DNA of 64,000 nucleotides from Clostridia bacterium. Its GTDB lineage: Bacteria; Bacillota; Clostridia; Monoglobales; Firm-18. The stretch is taken from positions 1,804 through 65,803 of the forward strand of contig JAFQJA010000017.1 in the NCBI GenBank assembly GCA_017397315.1, read 5' to 3'. Below the pieces are notes generated by a model that saw only the letters and a list, made by a program, of their open reading frames with translations, was not told the DNA's origin and did not search any database. The translations under genes were made by a program, and so were the position numbers. This document shows, in pieces, positions 8,215 through 18,400 of the stretch. Each line of letters opens with the position of its first letter. The first letter of the stretch is position 1.

Positions 8215-8484
8215 GTGAAACTTATAGGAACAGTTCAGGGCAACTCTGAACAGGCAAAGGCTTTGGTTATCGGGAAAGATACAGTATATGTGCATACAGA
8301 TATTGTCCCGGTTGAAAAAGACGGCAAAATTGTTGAGGACTTATTCAGCTATACAGAGGTTCAGTACGGCAAGGACGAATACATTGAGCTTATGGCAAAG
8401 CAGAATGAGCAGTTAGGTAACGACCTGACAGACACACAGCTTGCATTGTGTGAAATCTACGAAACAATCGGGGGTGCTGAATAA
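8215..8484 (+). CDS. Small acidic phage protein (weakly XkdW-like C-terminus)
   Basis: 89-aa ORF with a GTG start abutting the RT stop. The C-terminal 'LGNDLTDTQLALCEIYE' resembles small proteins found between tail fibre and lysis genes in PBSX-like phages. Confidence 0.5.
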   Translation: MKLIGTVQGNSEQAKALVIGKDTVYVHTDIVPVEKDGKIVEDLFSYTEVQYGKDEYIELMAKQNEQLGNDLTDTQLALCEIYETIGGAE

Positions 8485-8603
8485 TGGCTAAAGTTTATGC
8501 AAATTTAATTAAAAAAGGACTAAAAACCATTGACGATGTTCCGGCGGCTTTGAGAAAAGCGGTACAGGCGTTGTTAGATGCAGACAAAGGGGAATCAGCA
8601 TAA
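8484..8603 (+). CDS. Small phage protein (39 aa, MAKVYANLIKKGLKTIDDVPAALRKAVQALLDADKGESA)
   Basis: Not in the ORF track because it is under 60 aa. TAATG overlaps at both ends indicate translational coupling. SD-like 'gggggtg' lies upstream. It resembles the short proteins that precede holin genes in Firmicute phages. Confidence 0.5.
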   Translation: MAKVYANLIKKGLKTIDDVPAALRKAVQALLDADKGESA

Positions 8604-8887
8604 TGAGTAATATTTCTTGGCTTGCTACCTTTATCGGTGAAATAGCAGTATTACTCGGTGTAATCATTCCTGTCATTGCGTGGATTCGTAAGCTATCTGA
8701 CGGAATGAGGTGTCAGCTTCGTAGCGAAATGCTGCGTATCTACTACCACAACCGAGAAAGGCAGATAATCAGGCAGTACGAAAAAGAAAACTTTGTATTT
8801 CTCTATAATGCATATAAAGCTCTCAAAGGTAATTCATTTATAGATGATATTTACAAAGAGGTTAGGACTTGGGAAGTTATTTCGTAA
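8603..8887 (+). CDS. Phage membrane protein (single N-terminal TM), lysis-region associated
   Basis: Hydrophobic segment WLATFIGEIAVLLGVIIPVIAWI, followed by a charged domain. It sits immediately upstream of the endolysin. Confidence 0.55.
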   Translation: MSNISWLATFIGEIAVLLGVIIPVIAWIRKLSDGMRCQLRSEMLRIYYHNRERQIIRQYEKENFVFLYNAYKALKGNSFIDDIYKEVRTWEVIS

Positions 8888-8900
8888 AGGAGTTGAGATT

Positions 8901-9623
8901 ATGAACAATATTGAATTTGTAAACAAGGCTAAAAACATTGCAGAAAATTATAAAACTGCTTATGTATGGGGTGCTTTCGGTTTTACTGCGACTGCTGCAA
9001 ATATGCAGCGTTTAATCGACCAATACTCCAAAAACAACCAATATCTTGCAAAGGCAAGGCAGATTTACGGCAACGGCTTTTTCTTTGACTGCGTAGGTCT
9101 GATTAAAAGTATTCTGTGGGGTTTTTGCGGAAACAAAAACTCTACATACGGCGGTGCTAAATACACTGCAAACGGCGTACCCGACATATCAGCAGACCAA
9201 ATGATTAAATGCTGTAAAGAGGTTTCAACCGATTTCAAAAACATTGAAGTCGGTGAGGTTGTTTGGCTTTCCGGGCATATCGGTATTTATATCGGCGGTG
9301 GTAAAGTTGTTGAAGCAACACCTGCTTGGTCGGGCGGCGTTCAGATTTCCGACATAAGCACAAGCGGTAAAAGAACTAAAAACGGCGTTGGAACTGCTGT
9401 TTGGAAGAAGCACGGCAAACTGCCTTACATCACTTATGAAAAGGCAACAGCGAAGAAACTTGAATCTGGTAATGACATTGTATGGGAGCTTATGAACGGC
9501 AAACATAAAATTGAAATTACTGAGGTTCAGAGAGCTGTCAATGCTTTGGATAAAGCAAAAAACAACCCTGAGTTTATGTCGCTCTATTGGATTCTGTATA
9601 AGTTGGTGAATGGCAATGGCTAA
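8901..9623 (+). CDS. Endolysin, NlpC/P60-like cysteine peptidase
   Basis: SD 'aaaggag' precedes ATG 8901. The catalytic-type Cys is in 'FFFDCVGLIKS' and the His in 'SGHIGIYIGGGKVVEA'. The gene is adjacent to the holins. The ORF-track start at 8844 overlaps the previous gene and is less likely. Confidence 0.75.
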   Translation: MNNIEFVNKAKNIAENYKTAYVWGAFGFTATAANMQRLIDQYSKNNQYLAKARQIYGNGFFFDCVGLIKSILWGFCGNKNSTYGGAKYTANGVPDISADQMIKCCKEVSTDFKNIEVGEVVWLSGHIGIYIGGGKVVEATPAWSGGVQISDISTSGKRTKNGVGTAVWKKHGKLPYITYEKATAKKLESGNDIVWELMNGKHKIEITEVQRAVNALDKAKNNPEFMSLYWILYKLVNGNG

Positions 9624-9840
9624 AAAGAAAAAATCAAGTGTTTTCAGTAAAGTTATTGTTTCGGTGGTAATCGCTCTGAATGTTCTGTTTACTGTTGCTG
9701 TGCTGATAATTTTCTGTAAAACATCGTGCGAACCGACAGGCTTAATTGCTGCGTGGTTCTCGTTCACAACGGTTGAGCTTTGGAGTTTAGCCGGAATTAA
9801 GAAAGCAAAAGAGAAAAAGGAGAACAGCTATGATTGTTAA
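9610..9840 (+). CDS. Holin-like membrane protein (2 TM)
   Basis: 76 aa with a Lys-rich N-terminus, two hydrophobic helices and a charged C-terminus. It overlaps the endolysin stop. Confidence 0.6.
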   Translation: MAMAKKKKSSVFSKVIVSVVIALNVLFTVAVLIIFCKTSCEPTGLIAAWFSFTTVELWSLAGIKKAKEKKENSYDC

Positions 9841-10117
9841 TGTTATTTTAGGTGCTATTGTACCTCTTATTTTACTCATTGTGGCCGGCTACTTAATTAA
9901 AACTTTCCGCAATAACGAAGTTATTAAGTGGGTTGGTATCGCTGTAAAAGCTGCCGAGCAGATTTTTGAGCACGGTATGAATACAGAAAAGTTTACCTAT
10001 GTAAGCGAATGGATCTCAAAGAAATTTAAGATTTCAGAAGCAGATCTTAAAAACCTTATTGAATGTGCTGTATATGAGATTAAAACCCCTGCTAAAAATA
10101 CCGAACAGAAAGAGTGA
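9830..10117 (+). CDS. Holin (LL-H / superfamily-6-like)
   Basis: 95 aa. An N-terminal TM (VILGAIVPLILLIVAGYLI) is followed by an amphipathic 'KWVGIAVKAAEQIF...' domain, as in LL-H family holins. Confidence 0.6.
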   Translation: MIVNVILGAIVPLILLIVAGYLIKTFRNNEVIKWVGIAVKAAEQIFEHGMNTEKFTYVSEWISKKFKISEADLKNLIECAVYEIKTPAKNTEQKE

Positions 10118-10123
10118 TAGCCA

Positions 10124-10822
10124 ATGAGCACCATTAAAAAAATAGGCGGTATTCTCGATTTAAGGGAAGATTGGGAAAAGAAAACTCCGGTGCTTCGTAA
10201 AAAAACTGCTGAACTTTCCGGACAGACAAGCACCGAGTATAACCCGTTTACCGATAAAAACGGAAATCTGCTTAATAAATTTATAGACTACCAGGGCGCA
10301 CTTGATAACCCTAATGTGTCTAATGCTGCTAAAAACTTTATACAGAAAGCAACCGGCTTAACACCTACAAAAACTGCGGTAAGCGGTTCACAAGCAATTA
10401 ACCCTGCTGTGGCGAACATTCAAACAGTTACCCCCTCTGCTACCGGTAACACTATTGCTGATAGTGCAGCCAAGTACATAGGCACTCCGTATGTGTGGGG
10501 TGGCGAGAGTATGCAAGAGGGCGGTATGGATTGTAGCGGTTTTGTGTATAACGCTTTGCGTGATGCCGGTTATAAAGTCGGCAGAACCACAGCACAAGGT
10601 TATAGAAGCTATGGCACAAAGGTCAGCAAGGCAGATATGCAGCCCGGCGATTTAGTCTTTTTTGGTAGTGGCGATGCAAGCCATATCGGCATATACATCG
10701 GTAACGGGCAAATGATACATTCATCCGGAGGAAGTAAAAACACAGCTTCTAATCCCGGTAAGGGCGTATCAATTACCAATGTTGACTACCGAAAAGACTT
10801 CCTTGAAGCAAGACGATATTAA
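10124..10822 (+). CDS. NlpC/P60 (C40) peptidoglycan peptidase, second copy, post-lysis cargo block
   Basis: 'YIGTPYVWGGESMQEGGMDCSGFVYNAL ... GDLVFFGSGDASHIGIYIGNGQMIHSSG' contains the canonical Cys/His NlpC/P60 motifs. Confidence 0.85.
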   Translation: MSTIKKIGGILDLREDWEKKTPVLRKKTAELSGQTSTEYNPFTDKNGNLLNKFIDYQGALDNPNVSNAAKNFIQKATGLTPTKTAVSGSQAINPAVANIQTVTPSATGNTIADSAAKYIGTPYVWGGESMQEGGMDCSGFVYNALRDAGYKVGRTTAQGYRSYGTKVSKADMQPGDLVFFGSGDASHIGIYIGNGQMIHSSGGSKNTASNPGKGVSITNVDYRKDFLEARRY

Positions 10823-10844
10823 GTAAAAGGAGTGAAAATACATT

Positions 10845-12467
10845 ATGGCGTACAATCCTTATAATGCGGTCAACGCAATTTATAAGTTAAAAGGTCAATG
10901 GGATAGTGCAAACAACGCCGGCGATGATGCAAAGAAAAACAAGGCTGCCACAGATGCACAGAAGTATTACGCCGAACTTCGCCGTAACGGATATGGATCT
11001 GTTGCAGACGAGCTATCCGCAAACGATTACGCCGGGGCAAAACGCATAAATGATTATTATGCAAAGACCGGCAGAACAGCAACAAGACCTTATTTATATT
11101 CTCTCGGTCAATCAATGGGCTTATCACAGCAAGCAGTTGATGATTTAATATCCTGGGATGATACAACCGGCGAAGTGTCTTTCGGCGGTAAAAAGATTGG
11201 TACTCCGGATGCTGTTGCAGATGGCGTTTCATATTGGAACGATCCTACTGTTTTAGATAGTGCCTTTACTGATTATGTCAGCAGAAGCGGTTTAACTCGC
11301 ACAAAAGAAAAAGCTGTCGATCAAGAAAATGAGGCACTATTCAAAAAATACACGCAAGAATATGAGGACTTAAAGGAAACAAACCCCTTTACTACCGAGG
11401 AAGCAAAATCTATTCTTGCTAAATATGATTTGGCAGGCTTGCAGGCCAGGGACAATGAAGCTGCAAGCGGTGGTGCTGATAATAGCGGAAACATTGACAG
11501 CTTCGCTGCTGCCAACGCTTTAAGACAGCAAACAGCCCTTGTAAACCAGGGACAGCAAGTGGTGCTGCAACAGTATCAGCAGAAACTCGACCACGCAAGA
11601 AACTTATTGTCTGATATGGGCGTAAACATTGACAGAGTTTATAACCAGGATGAAAACTCTAAAAATAACCAGGTGTCAAGAGATGTTGCTACAAGCGAAG
11701 TTACCGGAAAAGTACCGAGCAGTATGCTTTATTCCGGAAACCCGTTTTTCAATGCTGATGGCACTTTGAAAGACGAGAACATAGATTACAAGGCTGAAAT
11801 TGAAAAAGCAGTTGCAGCTGGTAATACAGAGCTTGCAAATCAGTTAAGAGTAGCAAGAGGATATAAAATATTCTCTAACTACGGAAAATACGGTCAGTAT
11901 GCAGACGGCGATTACTCCGTACCTGGAGCACAAAAGACCGAAACTGCAAGACAGTTTGACGAGCAGATTGCACAAGCAGACAGAACTCTCAATGCAGAGG
12001 AAAGAATGAATACTGCTAATAACGCAAATGCCATTGAACAGATTAAGACCGGTGCTGAATACGGCACAACAAAGCCGACTTTGACAGCAGCCCAAGCAGC
12101 ACAAGCTATCAAAAACGGCGAAACTTCCCAGGCTGTACTTGATGCCTATAATTATTACTACGGTACTAATTACACAGTAGATAATTTACCCAAAACAGCC
12201 GGAGGCCCTATGAGTGATGAAGATGTTAAATGGTGGGTTGATGATCTTAACAAGCAAGTTGAGGAAAAATATCCTGGAAAGACAGCCATTAACAAAACCG
12301 GTGCGAACTCTTACAAAAAGGGCGATATTGATGCAGATTGGATCATTATTAAGGTGTTTGAGTCTGACTCACTTACCCAGGAACAAAAGGAGTATTTGCT
12401 GTATGACAAATTCGGTATTACCGAGGATCAAGTTAATACGGCTATGAAAGATCCCCATTACAGATAA
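10845..12467 (+). CDS. Hypothetical protein (540 aa), co-operonic with the polyvalent protein
   Basis: Strong SD 'aaaaggagtg'. The ORF is long with typical codon usage. No motif recognised. Confidence 0.6.
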   Translation: MAYNPYNAVNAIYKLKGQWDSANNAGDDAKKNKAATDAQKYYAELRRNGYGSVADELSANDYAGAKRINDYYAKTGRTATRPYLYSLGQSMGLSQQAVDDLISWDDTTGEVSFGGKKIGTPDAVADGVSYWNDPTVLDSAFTDYVSRSGLTRTKEKAVDQENEALFKKYTQEYEDLKETNPFTTEEAKSILAKYDLAGLQARDNEAASGGADNSGNIDSFAAANALRQQTALVNQGQQVVLQQYQQKLDHARNLLSDMGVNIDRVYNQDENSKNNQVSRDVATSEVTGKVPSSMLYSGNPFFNADGTLKDENIDYKAEIEKAVAAGNTELANQLRVARGYKIFSNYGKYGQYADGDYSVPGAQKTETARQFDEQIAQADRTLNAEERMNTANNANAIEQIKTGAEYGTTKPTLTAAQAAQAIKNGETSQAVLDAYNYYYGTNYTVDNLPKTAGGPMSDEDVKWWVDDLNKQVEEKYPGKTAINKTGANSYKKGDIDADWIIIKVFESDSLTQEQKEYLLYDKFGITEDQVNTAMKDPHYR

Positions 12468-12482
12468 AGGAGTGTAAACATT

Positions 12483-15400
12483 ATGGCGAATTGGCAAGAA
12501 AGTGCTAAAAAGAGTCTTGATAACAGAAAGAACAATACAAATAACACTTCGTCTGCTACTTCTGCTCCGGCTGTTGTTTCTGCCCCAAAGGTTATAGATG
12601 CACCGAAAAGCACGGACACCTGGCAAGGCAAAGCACAGCAAAGCCTTAATAAAAGGGGCTATGTTCCTCCGGAAAATAGAATGTATAGTCTTAAAACTAA
12701 CGATGGTCAAGACTTCGGTATCGTTAGTTATGGTGCGTATAAAGCTATCGAGAATAACAATCTCGATAGCTACACACCTAAAACAGCCGAAGAAAAAGCA
12801 AGCATTGACAGTTTTAAGGCATACGCCCAGGAACAGTACGAGAAGCAGCAAGAAGCTGAAAAACAAAAAAGAATTAACAGCAACCCCACTTTTGCGAGAT
12901 ATAACATAGATCCTGCGGACTTTGATTATGACGATCTTATAAAATGGGCTGGCGAACACAACCACACTATGCGTGTTGATGGTTCAATGCGTACATACTT
13001 CACACCAAACTATAAGGGCGGTTTTCTTGGCATTGGTGGTAAAAAACTTTCTACGGATGAAGAAGATGCCGATATGGAAGTTTTATACCAAACTGCTATG
13101 AATAACACAAGAGCCGAATTAGCACAAAAGGATCTCGGCGCTTTTATGTCTGCAATAGTTGGCTTTGGCGATGGTATGTCCTTTGGTGCTATCCCGGCAT
13201 TATCAGATTGGAGTGCCAAAAAGCAATACGAAGATGCCGGGCTTGACAGCGAAACCTTTGTTTCGCCCTCTCAAACATACGCAAAAACTGTTAGCGAACA
13301 CGGTATCTCAAACGCCGTTGGCGATATTGGCGGTTCGTTAGTATCTCTTGGTGCGGTAGGTAAAGTTGTTGGTACGGCTACAAAGGGTATTAAATGGCTG
13401 TCCTCTGCTCCAAAATGGGTACAGAGTGCGGTTAATAGCGGTATAACATTCTCCGCTGTTGGTGCAACTGAAACAGCCTTTGATGGTGGAAACGCTGAAG
13501 AAATTTTGCGTAGTGCCGGTATCAACCTTGTTGGCGGTGCTGTCGGAGGTTCTTTAAGTAGCGTTGTTGGTAGCCTCGGCGAAAAGTTTTTATTCAGCAA
13601 AGGCTTACAGCACAAAGTTATTCCGGAAATTATAAGAAACGGCTTGTCCTCTGCTGCTTATGCAGGCGGTAACACATTAGCCACTTCTTTCTTATACCCG
13701 GAGGGCTACAAACCAACGGCCGAGGAAGTCGCAAAAGATTTAGCAGTAGCTTTTGCCTTCGGTTCAATATCTTCTGCAATCAATGTTGCAAAGACTTCTA
13801 CGCAGAACAAAAAATATCTTGACAGCTTAAATAACAAAATGGCTGCTGATTATGAGAATATGGCAAGAGCGAACATCAGCAATAAGAGCGATATTGCCGG
13901 TATTCGTAAATTTGCAAAAAATGTTGTTGGTTATAGTAACGCTATGGAAGCGTACTTAACCGGCAAAGAATATAGTGCTACAATCAACGGCGAAACATAC
14001 ACATTCACGCCGAATAAGGTTCGTTTGGTGGGCCAGGATAAGTATGTTCAATCTATGCTTAATGACTTACAGACCATCAGAAACAATGCAAATGCGGTGC
14101 TTAATGGTGTTGGTACACCAACAACTGATTTAGCAACAACGCCAGGGGCTACTCCAGGGGCTACACCAACAGCAAGTGTGCCCCCCGTATCTTCAGCATC
14201 GTCAAGTGTTCCGGCAACAAAAGAAGCGATTGCACCGGTTAATGTAGCTGAAGCTACACCAACTGTACCGCCCGTTGTATCTGCACCCGTAGTTGCTGAA
14301 GCTACACCGGCTGTTAAAAACACAAACGATTTTACAGACGAATTAAGCGAAGTGGCAAGTGCCGGTGCTGTTGCAAAATACGCCCCGGAGGGTGCAAGTG
14401 CTGATGTTGTTTCGCTTGAAAATAAGTTAATCAATGTGGGTGCATCTGATGTTGACCGACAGAAAGTGGTTGAAACGGCTATCGCTGTTGAAAGTACTTT
14501 GGTTGGTACGGATAAATCTCTTAAAGATGTACTTGCAGATACAACAAACATTACCGGAAGTGCTGTTACAGCATTTAAGCAGAGTGTTGGTGCACCTAAA
14601 AACTATTGGTCGCTTTTCAACACAAACTTAAAAACAATCGCTGCTTTACAGACCAAGGAAAACTTTATTGTTGATTATGCTAATACCTTTGCAGAAACCT
14701 TGCAGAGCACGGATAGCGTTATGAGCAGGGCTGTTGTTGACAGCGGTATTGATGTGGCAAGTGCTGTATCACAGTACGCTTTGACGGGTAATGTCCCGGA
14801 AGAAGTAAAGAATGAAACTGTGTTGTCCGGACTCTCAAAAGCATTTACAGCTATTACAGAGCCGGTATTAAGTCAAATTGACACGGCGCATATTGCCATT
14901 TACGGCGATGCGAGAACACAAGAACCTACTCCGGAAATGCCGGCAGAAACACAAACTGCCCCAACAGAAGTACAGCCGGCTACAACAAATGAGTTGCAAC
15001 CGGAAGAAGCACAGAAGTACAACATCGTAGTATCTAACCTTAAAAGAAAAGCTGAAGAACTTGGCTTATTAGACAGTAAATTCTTCACCGCTTTACAAAA
15101 TGTAGATCTTTATAAGCCCTCTGCAAGCGATAGAGCCTTAATAAGCTCCGAGTTTCACAAGGTATTTGCCGGAAACACAGATCCCCTTGTTACAAATTGG
15201 CTTGACAGTATCAGCGAAGATGTGCAACCCGTAACAACCACAAATTCTGAAAAAGCGGTTGTTACAGAAGAAATTACACCCGTAAACACAGCTACAACAA
15301 ACACCGAAGTTAATAGCGGTATTGTTACCTTGAAGAAGTCCAAGAGCATTTACAGTGTCTTTAAGGGTGCTGAAAAGGTGGTTGTAGGGGCTGATACTAT

Positions 15401-18400
15401 AACAGATGGTAAGATTGCTATACCGCTAACAGACAACGCCTTAAAAGCCGTAAAAAAAGCGTATGGTGGCGAGGTAACGGAAAACAGCAATTACTCTTTG
15501 GATAGAATTGTGCCAAAGAATACAACTGTTGAGATTACCGGCGATCCTAAACTACGCACCATCGCAAAAGAAAACGGAACAAACCTTGAAACTTATGTAT
15601 TCAAGATTGGCGATAAGTATTATAGCTGTCCTCAAAAATACCTTGATGCAGTTAATAACGGGAAGAACAGAGTTTTTGCAAATGAAACTGTTTCGCCCTG
15701 GGTGGTAAACGATGAAAAAGGAAACTTTGTAGCCGTTATTATGCCGGTTAATGCAACTGTTACCGATGCTGTGTATGACTCTTTGCAGCTTGCAAGTGAA
15801 AAGGTTGAAGCCGATAATGCACACAAGGCAGCATTGAAAAGTGCCCCGTTTAATAAGAATGAGAAATCATATCTTTTCAGTACGGGTAGAATTGCCACAG
15901 CAGATTATGACGGGCACACCTATATTACAAATGGTGGTCTTGTTATCCGCACCGATCCTGCAAGTCTTGACTTTATCAAGACGGAATTTAAGGATGAATA
16001 TGGTAAGGATATAGCAAGCTCTGATGCTGTTACACGAAGCATTGAAGCATACACCGGCTTTAATGAGGCAGGCAAGATTGAAAAAGCCATTGAGCATAAC
16101 ACATACCACCCAACAAAAAAGAAAAAAGACGGTACACCGAAAGTCGAAGAATACCGCACAGCGCTTATTGCTGATGATAAAGCGTTCTTGTTTGACAAGC
16201 ACTTTATGGATATGCTTAAAAAGCGTAGTGCTGAACTCAAAATATTGAGCGATGGCCAAATGAAAAATACGGCTCTTGTCGGTTATGACACCAACGGCAA
16301 TGTTACCGGACTTCTTCTTCCTATGTTTGCAGGCAAAGGCGATTTGTTTGTTGAGGATAACGGCAAAAAATATTACTTCCTTGATAAATTCAAAGTCGGC
16401 GAAAATCAGCCAAAAGCTGAACCAGTTACACCGGAAAAAACAACTGACTTGAAAAAAGAGGTTAAAAGTGATACAATAAAAGCAGAAGAAAACCCCGTTG
16501 AAGCTGCACCGGTTGAGGAAACACCGGAAGAAACCTACACACCGAAAGTAAAAGAAGATTTTAAGGTTGGCGATGTGTTAGAGTTTGACGGGGAACAATG
16601 GGAATGTGCCGGCATTGATACGATGATGATCGACTTTGTTAATGTCAATAAAGATGCTTCCCAACACGAAATGTCTGTTATTCTGCCTTATGAACTGTTT
16701 AAGGAAAAGACCGATTACAAAGTTGTTAAGAGGCAGGGCGAAGCTACAACACAGCCCGAAGTTGACAAAAAGTCTGCTGAAAATAAAGAAGTAGTACTTA
16801 CTACCGAACAGCAGACCGACATCAGCAAAAAGGCTGTAAATGATGTTGCAGAGTTTGTAAGGGGTAAACTTGCAAGAGGTTCAAAGATTTCAAGTGCTAC
16901 ACTATTTGACACGGCAAAGGCAGCATACGGCGGTTCAATGGCCGATGGCGTATTCACACCGAAAGATGCTTATGATGCTATGGAGCTTGGAGTGAATAAG
17001 TACATTTTATCTTTGCCAAATGTATCAACACAAAAGATGCTTGATATTCTTGATTTGTTACCTACACAGACGAAGCGTACCGAAGAAATGATAAAATATC
17101 AGCAGTTTTCTACGCCCCCGTCAATCGCTTATTTGGCAAACTATGTAGCTAATATCAACAGTAACGATGTTATGCTTGAACCATCTGCCGGTATTGGTGG
17201 TATTGCTGTTTTTGCAAAAAGGGATGGTGCAACAGTTTATGTAAATGAGCTTGATCCTCGCAGACTTGATATTGTAAAAGAGTTACCGTTTGATGGTTTT
17301 TACAATGAGAACGCAGAACAGATTGACAATATTCTTGGTGGCGAGATACAGCCATCAGTTATTGTTATGAACCCTCCGTTTTCTTCATCATCAGAGCGTA
17401 ACATTAAAGGCACAAAAATCGGTGCTAAACACATTGAACAAGCCTTACAGATACTTGCTCCTGGTGGCAGACTTGTCGCTATTGTGGGTAATGGTATGGC
17501 TCCGGATGCACCGGCTTTCCGTCAATGGTGGAAAGATATTAGTGCTAAATACAATGTTAAGGCTAACATCGGTATCAATGGTAAGAACTACACAAAATAC
17601 GGTACAAACTTTAATATACAAATGCTTGTTATCGACAAAGATGGTAGCACTACCGCACCTACAAAAGTAGGCACAGTTGATACATTGCAAGAGTTAGAAA
17701 GTATGTTAGGAGGTATAAGGGATGAAAGACCTACATTCGATTATTCAAAACTTGAACGCACAGCCCCTGGGGCTGTTGAGCAAAAGGCTACTGCAATCAG
17801 CAAAGCAGGAGATCAGCGAAACGATGCTGTACTTGACACAAGCAGCGCAGCAGGCAGTAAACAACCCACAGATGGCGCTGTATCTTCAAGAGAACCTAAA
17901 CGAGAAGTCGCTCCAAAAACTTCATCAAAACCTGGAAGCACTTCCGCAGCTACACCCACAGCAACAGATACAACAGCTAATGAACCAGGGCTTACCGGAA
18001 CAAGAGAGCCTGGAGGATCTGTTGGAGTGCAAGACTCTAACGGAGCTGTCAATGGTGCTGATAAACAATCTGATTTACAACCAGGATTGCAAGGAAGCGA
18101 TGGAAACAGCGGAAATGGACTCGCTCCAAGCAGGGTATCTCGATTAAAGCATACAGAACTTACAGACAGCATTTTTGAGCAGTACCAAACTGCACCACTT
18201 CTTATTGAGGGTGCAAAACAGCATCCGGCAAAGGTAAGCGAAAGTGCTGCTATGAGTGCTATTGAAGCACCGGCAATTACCTATAAACCAACTCTGCCAC
18301 AAAAGGTTATTACTGATGGTGTTGTTTCTGATGTTCAGCTTGAGTCTATTTCAAGAGCCGGACAAAGCCACTCGCAGATATTACCTAACGGCACAAGACG

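Noticed and set aside
8215-8484. Considered as the missing DGR accessory protein (Avd)
   Set aside because: The protein is acidic and partly beta-looking. Its C-terminus resembles small XkdW-like phage proteins, not a basic four-helix bundle. Its position (after the RT, heading the lysis region) also fits a tail/lysis-associated small protein.
12369-12965. 198-aa - strand ORF crossing the 540-aa / polyvalent gene junction
   Set aside because: It is antisense to two well-supported + strand genes, has no SD, and its translation is low-complexity and hydrophobic.
17722-18147. 141-aa +1-frame ORF (Q/L-rich) preceded by AGGAGG inside the polyvalent gene
   Set aside because: It overlaps a disordered S/T/P/A/G linker whose frame-0 codons end mostly in A/T, as elsewhere in this genome. 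The +1 codons are dominated by G/C-ending codons (cag, aac, ctg, gag, aag). The absence of +1 stops follows from the biased linker composition, and the SD arises from the Leu-Gly-Gly codons. It is most likely a by-product.
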